64,000 bases of DNA from Actinomycetota bacterium. Lineage in GTDB: Bacteria; Actinomycetota; CADDZG01; JAHWKV01. Below, in pieces: positions 26,562 to 34,604 of the stretch. Made by a program: the position numbers and the translations under genes. The notes under the pieces were generated by a model. That model saw only the letters and a list, made by a program, of their open reading frames with translations. It was not told where the DNA came from and ran no database searches. Where the stretch lies: positions 2,893 through 66,892 of the forward strand of contig JBHELT010000020.1 in assembly GCA_046262935.1 (NCBI GenBank), given 5' to 3'. The stretch's first letter is position 1. Each line of letters starts with the position of its first letter.

Positions 26562-29290
26562 GCGTCGCCACCTCGGCGTGGGTCATAAGTACTGGTTAGT
26601 ACTTCGGGCACCTCGGCATCGCCCGATCTGAAACGGAGAACGTCGAGGAATACCTTCGACGAATCGACGAAACTCTTGCGGCTGACGAGTAACTGCATAT
26701 ACGCGCCTCCAGGCGCGAACCACAGGAGCACCTGCTGTTCGGGAAGCTGCATCGACCAAACCCTCTCGGCCCCCAGTCGCCTAAGGGTGAATCGGCCAGA
26801 CCCGATCGAGTGCAAGATCGCATCTTTGATCTCGGGGTCCTGCGTGTCGATGTTCTGCTTGAAGGGTGCGATCTGAATCGAACCCTGGATAACGGAGCCT
26901 TGTCGGATGGTGAACACTCTGCCCTGTCCAACCAACGCACTGCCACCTGCCTGCTTGTAAGCGATCTCGGCTTTTGGTTCTCTTCTCAATTCGTACTGAC
27001 CGGCCATCAGCGGCGCCAGCTTGGCGGGCAGCGATCGCGTTTTGGAGATCCCAATGCCATCGCTGGCGCATGCTGCGAACAACACAAAGATACTGAGCCA
27101 TGCTGGCAGGATCCTTCTCAAAGAGGTTCGCTTCTTCTCGCCAGAGACGCGCTCGGGTGTGTGACGCCATGGGTTGGGTAATTCAGAAGAGAATGGATCG
27201 CGAAGCGACGCCCTCGATCCGATGGCAACGAGACGGTTGAATGCCGGGGCCCCCTTTCGCATGCGGCGTGCGATCGACTGTGCCATCTCTTCCGCTGAAC
27301 GCACATCATCGACGCGAAGATCACGCTGCAGGTCGCCCCACAAGCTTCGAGTGACCAGCCATGCAAGTTCTTCGTTCTCATCGTCATCATCCATCGACGC
27401 GATGAACTCGATCGGGGTCATGCTGGGTTTCCCGATGTTGAGGTCGGTTGCCGCATCACGCAGCTCCGCATACGCGACCATGATCCGCCCCTTCAACCCA
27501 ACTTTGTTCGCCCAGCTTCGGCGGAGAGGGCGTCTGAGGCCTTTTGCCAGGCCGGGCAGTGCCCACCAAGCCAGCGCGATCGCGAGGGCGAGCAGCAGAC
27601 CTATACCTATCCAGTAGCGGGCGATCAAGTAGAAAAGACGCACTGTCCTTAGTTTGATGGGAACGTAAACAACAAGGCCGAGGTCTTCGGTAGGCTTGAC
27701 GTTTGAGTTGGGGTTCTTCTGCTGGTCGGTGAGGCTCGACTTCGCATGCGGCGGTATCCCGACGATCGGAACCCATCCGAAACCTTGGAAGTACGCCTCA
27801 AGCCAAGATGCTCCGTTGCGAGGGTGGACCTCGTATCGTCCGGTGCCCTTGATATCTCCCGAGTAATAGCCGTAACCGATCCGTGAAGGTACCCCTGCCC
27901 ATCTTGCGATCAGCGCCTCCGATGCCGTGATCTCAAATGGCGTCCCCTCGCGACCGGCGAGTAACTCGACGACACGGCGAGGAGAAACATCAACAGGGTC
28001 CCCGGCGCCAGCCGCGACCACCTTCTCGTAGAACTTAGCCCTAGCGAACTGAAGGCGGTCCCATGCTACGACAGGGGCGTTGGCGAGCAGACTCACAACT
28101 TCGTTCGGGGGCGTCGGGACCTGAAGGTATGGCTTCAAATCTTCGGATGGGGGCCCCGCCTTAGCCAGTTGCGCACCGCCCGGTGGGAGGGGGCTCGTTA
28201 CCGTATACCTGAGTCCTTTGAAGGCTCTTCGGTCGAAGAGACGAAGCGTTTGGGTCCTTGGGTCGAATTGAGCATCGGCTCCAGAGATTTCGATCGAGAT
28301 CGGCACGGCAACATCGGGGACCGAGTGCCCTTCGACATCGGCGATAGCAAAGTCCGACTTCTCGGTGCCCGACGATGTATCGATCTTAGACGCGTAACTG
28401 ATCTCGGGCCGCTTCAGGTCCACGAACCTCGATGGATCGAACGGCGGAAGCAACCAAGATCTTCCATCGTACACATCAAGCACTCCGAGCCGCCAAGGAC
28501 CAGGATGCGCGGAAGTTACTATGAAGAGCACGCGGTCCCCCGGAGCGGCCGCAGTATGGGGCTTCTGTGGAGGGACCACTCGTTGGCGCGCGGTATCCGG
28601 GAACAAGAACCCGGCATTACCCAGAAGGAACATCGCGATCAACAAGACGCCGATCATCGCAAAGCCACGCGCAAGTCGGCGCAACTCGAACCCGCTAGTA
28701 CCATCCGCTTGCCTGGCCAGATCTGTGCCATATGCAACCGAGAGTGAAGCCATCACGAGGGCGATCGTCACCGAGCTCGTAACGACCTCTTTGTGTGGCG
28801 GTTGGACAAGAGCCGCCGCCATGATCACTGGCAAAGGCAGCACGACGCTGAGTTTGGTCCTGGCGGTCCCTGACGGAAGTGCAACTGCGGCCGAACTAAG
28901 TACCGCGAAGAATACGAAGATGACAAAGCGCCATCCTGGATCGAAAGAAATGGGCGGCTGCGCAAGACCGCCCGCCTTCAGCACTTCCAAAACCAGATGA
29001 GGAAGATTGGCGTTGCCTCCAGTAGCGAACGGAAGCACCAGGGCAGAACCCACGATCACGGCACCGGGAAGAACAAGTGCCTGAAACAGCGACGGCCTTT
29101 TCGATGCATAAGATGCAACCACCGAAAGAGCCCCAACCGCGCAGGCCGATATGGCGATCAGACGCGGGATTGCCCCGGTGAAGACCCCAGCCACCATCCA
29201 TGCCGCAGCCGCGCTCGACAAGAATCCCGCCAGGCCGATGCGGACGATGCTCACAGGCTTTTCCTCTACCGCTGAACTCAGACTCATCAT
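26558..29290 (-). CDS. Polytopic transglutaminase-like membrane protein (TgpA/DUF3488-like N-terminus, TGase-like core, DUF4129-like segment, extra C-terminal domain)
   Basis: The ORF is listed from 29365. ATG 29290 forms an ATGA overlap with the DUF58 stop. The core-like region reads GTPFEITASEALIARWAGVPSRIGYGYY...GASWLEAYFQGFGWVPIVG. It is followed by a TM helix, then LNIGKPSMTPIEFI...LWGDLQRD (DUF4129-like), then a second hydrophobic segment LSIFVLFAAC. Confidence 0.65.
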   Translation of the reverse strand: MMSLSSAVEEKPVSIVRIGLAGFLSSAAAAWMVAGVFTGAIPRLIAISACAVGALSVVASYASKRPSLFQALVLPGAVIVGSALVLPFATGGNANLPHLVLEVLKAGGLAQPPISFDPGWRFVIFVFFAVLSSAAVALPSGTARTKLSVVLPLPVIMAAALVQPPHKEVVTSSVTIALVMASLSVAYGTDLARQADGTSGFELRRLARGFAMIGVLLIAMFLLGNAGFLFPDTARQRVVPPQKPHTAAAPGDRVLFIVTSAHPGPWRLGVLDVYDGRSWLLPPFDPSRFVDLKRPEISYASKIDTSSGTEKSDFAIADVEGHSVPDVAVPISIEISGADAQFDPRTQTLRLFDRRAFKGLRYTVTSPLPPGGAQLAKAGPPSEDLKPYLQVPTPPNEVVSLLANAPVVAWDRLQFARAKFYEKVVAAGAGDPVDVSPRRVVELLAGREGTPFEITASEALIARWAGVPSRIGYGYYSGDIKGTGRYEVHPRNGASWLEAYFQGFGWVPIVGIPPHAKSSLTDQQKNPNSNVKPTEDLGLVVYVPIKLRTVRLFYLIARYWIGIGLLLALAIALAWWALPGLAKGLRRPLRRSWANKVGLKGRIMVAYAELRDAATDLNIGKPSMTPIEFIASMDDDDENEELAWLVTRSLWGDLQRDLRVDDVRSAEEMAQSIARRMRKGAPAFNRLVAIGSRASLRDPFSSELPNPWRHTPERVSGEKKRTSLRRILPAWLSIFVLFAACASDGIGISKTRSLPAKLAPLMAGQYELRREPKAEIAYKQAGGSALVGQGRVFTIRQGSVIQGSIQIAPFKQNIDTQDPEIKDAILHSIGSGRFTLRRLGAERVWSMQLPEQQVLLWFAPGGAYMQLLVSRKSFVDSSKVFLDVLRFRSGDAEVPEVLTSTYDPRRGGDA

Positions 29291-30519
29291 CTGATTCCCG
29301 CTCCGACCGTCCGGCTGAATGCGGCGTCGATCGGAGCGTCCGCTTGGAGTTCCACTAACTGGCATCCCAGGGCACCGGCTCTGTTCAAAGAAGCGGGATC
29401 CGATTCGTCGGTGAGAAGGTGAACGAACAAGATCGAGCCGCCCCGGTCCATCAGTAATTTCAGCATCCCCGCAGTTCGCTCATCGAGATGCGGGCTGACC
29501 AACACGTTGTGACTGTCGCGCCTTGGATCCACGAGCACTCTCTGGATCGCTTCTGATAATGGCTTGTTAGACCGTTTCAACTTCGACATCTCATCCAGGA
29601 ACGTCATCTGTTTGCGCGAACCACGCAATCCCTCGGCGATCCGACCTGCTGAGGTCTCTAGCGTGACTGCGAAACCGTCCTTCAAGTGACGCACGCCAAG
29701 AGAGGCAGCCGCGCGCACGGCCGTCTCGAATGTGTCAGATGGATCCCCCTTGGTGTGCCATCTGGCGTCGTTGTCGATGATCAAGGTAACGCGGTCTGTG
29801 ATCCCCTGCTCCGCTTCCCGCACAAGGTATCGCCCCGTTCTGGCAACAGCTCGCCATACGATGCGCCTGGGGTCGTCACCGGGGACGTAGTCGCGCATGC
29901 CGTAGAACTCGAACCCGGTTGGCCACGGTTTCGAGATCGGGGGCCTGATGGGCGGATCCTCCCATTCCCGGCTGAGCACCCGGTCATGGACCCGCTGAGT
30001 TGTCGGGTGGACGATAACCTTCTCGGGCTCTTTCAGGACAAGCCGGCTGCGTGTAAGACCGAAAGGATCGCTCCAGATCGCGGTCATGGGGCCGACATCC
30101 AACCACCCCCGAAGCCGGGGTGTGAAGGCATAAGAGTGCTTGATCGAACCGTTCGCAGTCAAAGAGGGAACCAGTACCCTCACCTTGTTTCCAAGAAGCG
30201 GCGAGAGCTCCTCCTCGAAAACTATCGAACCCGTTCGCCGGGTGGAGGTGAACTCGATCTCTACGGCAACCGTCTGGCCTTCTCGAACCCTTGAAGGTAG
30301 TTGGGATCTTCTCGCCGTGATAGCCGGTTTCCGCTTTCCGACGATGAACAGAACCACGAATAGTGTTGCCGCTCCGTAGACCATCAGGAACAACACCTTG
30401 CTTCCTATCAGCCTAGCGGCGATCCAGCCAACGAGGTCGATGGCAAGGAATGCAAGGCCACTTGGAGTTATGCCAGTTCTTCGTTCGATCGTCGCAACGA
30501 TCCCGCGGCCCCTGTTCAC
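29287..30519 (-). CDS. DUF58-domain protein (MoxR-associated, vWA-like)
   Basis: Has N-terminal TM helices and the signature MRDYVPGDDPRRIVWRAVARTGRYLVREAEQ. It has a 4-nt overlap with moxR. Confidence 0.8.
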   Translation of the reverse strand: MNRGRGIVATIERRTGITPSGLAFLAIDLVGWIAARLIGSKVLFLMVYGAATLFVVLFIVGKRKPAITARRSQLPSRVREGQTVAVEIEFTSTRRTGSIVFEEELSPLLGNKVRVLVPSLTANGSIKHSYAFTPRLRGWLDVGPMTAIWSDPFGLTRSRLVLKEPEKVIVHPTTQRVHDRVLSREWEDPPIRPPISKPWPTGFEFYGMRDYVPGDDPRRIVWRAVARTGRYLVREAEQGITDRVTLIIDNDARWHTKGDPSDTFETAVRAAASLGVRHLKDGFAVTLETSAGRIAEGLRGSRKQMTFLDEMSKLKRSNKPLSEAIQRVLVDPRRDSHNVLVSPHLDERTAGMLKLLMDRGGSILFVHLLTDESDPASLNRAGALGCQLVELQADAPIDAAFSRTVGAGIR

Positions 30520-31502
30520 CCCGCTTGAGTCGCGATACCCATGGGCACCTTCACTCTCCTAAGCAAACCATCGATGACATTTTCGACTGTCTCGTCTCGC
30601 AGAACTGCATCGGGGGCGAGTATCAGCCGGTGCGCCATCACAGGATGGACGAGGGCTTTCACGTCATCGGGCAGTACATCATCTCGGCCCTGCGAAGCGG
30701 CCAACACCCTCGATGCTCGCATCAACGACAATGATGCGCGGGTGCTTGCCCCGAGTTCCAACGACTTTTCCTCTCGAGTTGCATGCGTGATATCCACGAT
30801 GTAAAGACGGATGGCCTCTGAAACGGTAACTCCTGTTGCCCAATCGATCATCTGCAGTACCTGCTCTGGTTCGATGACCGATCCAAGATCGAGGATCGCT
30901 TCCTTCTTGATATTGACGTTCAAGACTTCCGACTCGGAAGAGCGGTCTAGGTAACCGATCGACAGCTTGAACAGGAACCTGTCAAGTTGAGCCTCGGGCA
31001 ATGGGAACGTACCGGACAGCTCAATAGGGTTCTGAGTCGCGAGCACGATGAAAGGGTCGGGCAGTTGGTAAGTTGTCCCGTCTGCCGTGATGTTCTTCTC
31101 GCCCATCGCCTCAAGGAACGCCGACTGCGTCTTGGGTGTTGCCCTGTTTATCTCATCGGCCAAAAGTACATTCGCGAATATCGGACCGGGGCGAAAGATG
31201 AAGTCTCCAGACTTGCGGTCGAGAACAGGCGAACCAGTTACATCCGATGGAAGAAGGTCTGGGGTGCACTGGATGCGTGAGACCTTAGCGTTGATCGTCT
31301 GAGATATAGCCCGGGCCAGCATGGTTTTGCCGGTTCCAGGAACATCCTCTAGAAGGACGTGGCCTTCAGCGAAGAGGGCGACAAGAGCATTGCGGATCAC
31401 ATGTGTCTTGCCCTTGATGACTTTCTCGATGTTGGCGAGCATGTCGTCGAAGGTTTTCTTGAATGCCAGCCTATCCATCTCTTCATGGCGACGTTTCGTC
31501 AT
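30516..31502 (-). CDS. moxR: MoxR-family AAA+ ATPase
   Basis: 328 aa. Walker A reads LLEDVPGTGKTMLARAIS, Walker B reads VLLADEINRATPKTQSAFLEAM. SD AAGGGAGAG lies upstream of ATG 31502. Confidence 0.9.
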   Translation of the reverse strand: MTKRRHEEMDRLAFKKTFDDMLANIEKVIKGKTHVIRNALVALFAEGHVLLEDVPGTGKTMLARAISQTINAKVSRIQCTPDLLPSDVTGSPVLDRKSGDFIFRPGPIFANVLLADEINRATPKTQSAFLEAMGEKNITADGTTYQLPDPFIVLATQNPIELSGTFPLPEAQLDRFLFKLSIGYLDRSSESEVLNVNIKKEAILDLGSVIEPEQVLQMIDWATGVTVSEAIRLYIVDITHATREEKSLELGASTRASLSLMRASRVLAASQGRDDVLPDDVKALVHPVMAHRLILAPDAVLRDETVENVIDGLLRRVKVPMGIATQAG

Positions 31503-31511
31503 TTCTCTCCC

Positions 31512-34500
31512 TTACCGTTTCATAGAAGGAACACCGGCTGGCTCGCCGGATCTCGTGATCACGCTCATGCTGGTTCCCATGTAACTGCTGACAACTTGAG
31601 GGTCATTTACAACGTCGTTGGGCAGGCCCTGCGCAACTACACGACCAAGCACCATGGCAACCAGTCTGTGCGAAAGGGAGGTCACCAAAGGGATGTCGTG
31701 CTCGATGATCAAGATCCCACAACCGGTCTGCCTCACTAACCGCCTGAGCACGGGCCCTAGCTGTTCGGTTTCAGCCTGAGCCAAGCCAGAGGATGGCTCA
31801 TCGAGCAAGAGTACTTTGGGAGCCGACGCCATGATGCAAGCGATATCCACGATCCTTCTGGTTGCAGTTGAAAGCTCTCCTACGAACTTATTCTGATAAG
31901 CGTCGAGCCCCAAGATCTTGATCAGATCATCGACCTTGCGGTACGTACGCCTCTCTGCACGTCTTACCGACGGACTCCAAAACGCGCTTGCAAGCATCGA
32001 CTCTTTATCCAGTTCCTGTTCGAACGCGACCGCGATGGCCTCGCGCGCCGTCATCGAGGGGAAAAGCTTTGCGCTTTGGAATGATCTACCCAGACCGACG
32101 CGGGCCCTTGCGTCCGGGCTGAGGCGTGTAACGTCATTGCCTTCAACCAACACCATCCCCGAAGATGCCTGCGCCACTCCGCTGATCGCATCGAACAGCG
32201 TCGTCTTTCCGGCTCCGTTCGGCCCGATGATGCCTACGATCTCGCCCTGCGCAAGCGAGATAGACACATCCGTAACGGCAGCGATGCCCCCATAAGAAAC
32301 GCTCAGGTCCGACACTTCCAACGAAAGAACCGACGTCTCAGCACTCGCGCGAGCAGATGCACGCTCCGAACTGCCGGGCCCCCCGGCCGCACCTGATAGG
32401 AATACCGAACGCATCACATCGGGCCGCTGAAGGAGCTCGGCGGTTCCTCCCACGAATCGCACTTCTCCTTTCTCCATGAAGACCGCGCGCTCTGCGATGG
32501 TTAGGGCAACATTCCCCGATTGTTCAACGACGATGATGGTGGTTCCCAGCTTGCGAATCTCACGCAAGATTTCCAACAGACGCGCTACTACCGATGGCGC
32601 AAGACCAAGGGTAAGCTCATCGATCATGAGCAGCCTGGGTCGCATCAGGAAGGATTGACCCAGGGCAAGCATCTGCTGTTCGCCCCCGGAAAGACTTCCG
32701 GCCTGTTGGTCCATCCTCTCGCGAAGTACAGGGAAGTATTCGAGCACTCTGTAGATGCGGTCGCCAAGTGGCTGTTCGCTCTCCTTCAGCCATCCTGCGG
32801 CACGCAGATTCTCGGCAACCGTCAGACTTGGGAATATCGCTCTTCCGCCGGGAAGCATGACCACTCCGTCGGATGCGTTCTTGTATGCGGGGGCGTGAGT
32901 TATGTCGCGCCCGCCCAGGAAGATTGCTCCGTTGGAGGCTTCTTGGATGCCCGCTATCGCCCTTAGCAATGTCGACTTTCCGGCACCGTTTGTTCCTAGC
33001 AACGCGACGATCTCGCCTTCCTCGACATCGAGGTCGACACCGAAAAGGACCTGCACGCCATCGTAATGAACATCGACTCCTCGGCACACGATCATCTTGG
33101 CTGAGCCGGAAAGCTTCGCCTTGCGGGACTCCTCGTCTGCAACAGCCGCCAGTCTCGCCGCGTTGATGTCTCGTTCAACACCGGATCCGGATGTGCCGAG
33201 GATGACTGCGGCCACCAGATACAGGGGGCTGAAGATCAAGAGCGCCGGCCTTATCCCCAGGTGGTTGGCTAATGTTCCCAATATCGCGATCAGAGCCATC
33301 CCCAATAACTGCCACGGCGCGATGGTTTGCATGCCGAGCCCGCGGATGCGAGCGGGGACCGTGAGCGACACGAGGGTGAACAATGCCGGTGCGAACAAAG
33401 CACTCGTGAACGTGACCGGAATGGTGATGATCACCGAAACTATGTAGTTTGGCGAGATAGCGAGTCCAACGACTGCCAGCGATTGGACCACGAGAAGAAG
33501 ACCCATGATGCTCATGAATAGCCCCGGCCTCTCAGACAGGATGCGATCCGATACCGGGCCCGACAAGATCAATCCGATCAAACCAACCAAGCCCCCGAAA
33601 GCGACTATGGTGCCGCGCGTTTTTACGTCGAGGCCAAACACCTCCGCGTAATAAACGCCAAGCAGAAGCAACGTTCCAGCTCCGGCGGCGTGCAGGAAGG
33701 GTGTTGCGTACCAAAGCCTCCTTATCGTCGTGATGCTTCTTGCAGCTCGCCAAGCTTCAGCCCATCCAACGGGTGGCTGTTCATCGCTGGCTTCTTCTGC
33801 CGAAAGGCCTTGCTCGATCTTGTCTTGAAACCCCCGTGCAGGTTCCTTGATCAGGAAGGTGCCGAGGGAAACGATCGTGGCGATGGCGCCGAACAGGATG
33901 ACAGTCGCCCTCCACCCGTAGGCTTGTCCTACGAACCCAGCAAGGAAGGCCCCACTGATGGCGCCCAACTGCCCTGCCACCCCAAGGAATGCGAACACAC
34001 GAGAGCGTGTGCGCGATGGGTAGATATCGGTAAGAAGCGGGAAGCCCGCCGGCTGCGAGACGGAACCACCCAAACCCATACCGATCCTGCTCATCACCAG
34101 CTGGGGAATACCCCCGGCGATCCCCATACCGATCGTTGAAGCATTAGCAACCACTGCACCGATCCGAAGCATCCATACGCGCTTCAGGCGATCCGCCAGA
34201 TATCCCATCAAAGGAGAGACCACCAGGGTGATGGTTCCAAGCACCGTCGCTAAGGTGAACAGAAACCCCAGATCGAAGGCGAAATCCGCGCGCATCTCCG
34301 GAAGAAGGATGCCGAGCGCTTGCATGTCCCAGCCGACAACCAAAGCTGAGAGCGCCATCACGAACAACGGGATACGAGGAGCCCCGCCCGTTATGTCCCG
34401 CGGATCGAGATCCTTCAAGCGATCTCTCACCTGCGTCCTCGTCCAGCGTTTTCCCGCCGGCTGGGGTGCGACTGACCGCATGTTTATGTGGCGTTCCTCG

Positions 34501-34604
34501 GTTGCGGCCGTGGTTTCTCGCTGCGTCGGAACCATAGCGCGCGGCTCGATGGTCGTTCGATCCTCGTGGGAGCCGGTTGGCTCAGCCAACGAAACTCTCC
34601 TCAT
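31512..34604 (-). CDS. Triple fusion of an MFS-type transporter domain with LivF-like and LivG-like ABC ATPase domains
   Basis: Single ORF listed from 34703. The start is ambiguous, with in-frame ATGs at 34604, 34535 and 34481. The N-terminal roughly 450 aa are multi-TM and MFS-like (GYLADRLKRVWMLRIG...MSRIGMGLGGS). The next domain has GTNGAGKSTLL...LSGGEQQMLALGQ...LLMIDELTLGLAP (LivF-like). The last has GPNGAGKTTLFD...LLLDEPSSGLA...IIEHD (LivG-like). Confidence 0.75.
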   Translation of the reverse strand: MRRVSLAEPTGSHEDRTTIEPRAMVPTQRETTAATEERHINMRSVAPQPAGKRWTRTQVRDRLKDLDPRDITGGAPRIPLFVMALSALVVGWDMQALGILLPEMRADFAFDLGFLFTLATVLGTITLVVSPLMGYLADRLKRVWMLRIGAVVANASTIGMGIAGGIPQLVMSRIGMGLGGSVSQPAGFPLLTDIYPSRTRSRVFAFLGVAGQLGAISGAFLAGFVGQAYGWRATVILFGAIATIVSLGTFLIKEPARGFQDKIEQGLSAEEASDEQPPVGWAEAWRAARSITTIRRLWYATPFLHAAGAGTLLLLGVYYAEVFGLDVKTRGTIVAFGGLVGLIGLILSGPVSDRILSERPGLFMSIMGLLLVVQSLAVVGLAISPNYIVSVIITIPVTFTSALFAPALFTLVSLTVPARIRGLGMQTIAPWQLLGMALIAILGTLANHLGIRPALLIFSPLYLVAAVILGTSGSGVERDINAARLAAVADEESRKAKLSGSAKMIVCRGVDVHYDGVQVLFGVDLDVEEGEIVALLGTNGAGKSTLLRAIAGIQEASNGAIFLGGRDITHAPAYKNASDGVVMLPGGRAIFPSLTVAENLRAAGWLKESEQPLGDRIYRVLEYFPVLRERMDQQAGSLSGGEQQMLALGQSFLMRPRLLMIDELTLGLAPSVVARLLEILREIRKLGTTIIVVEQSGNVALTIAERAVFMEKGEVRFVGGTAELLQRPDVMRSVFLSGAAGGPGSSERASARASAETSVLSLEVSDLSVSYGGIAAVTDVSISLAQGEIVGIIGPNGAGKTTLFDAISGVAQASSGMVLVEGNDVTRLSPDARARVGLGRSFQSAKLFPSMTAREAIAVAFEQELDKESMLASAFWSPSVRRAERRTYRKVDDLIKILGLDAYQNKFVGELSTATRRIVDIACIMASAPKVLLLDEPSSGLAQAETEQLGPVLRRLVRQTGCGILIIEHDIPLVTSLSHRLVAMVLGRVVAQGLPNDVVNDPQVVSSYMGTSMSVITRSGEPAGVPSMKR

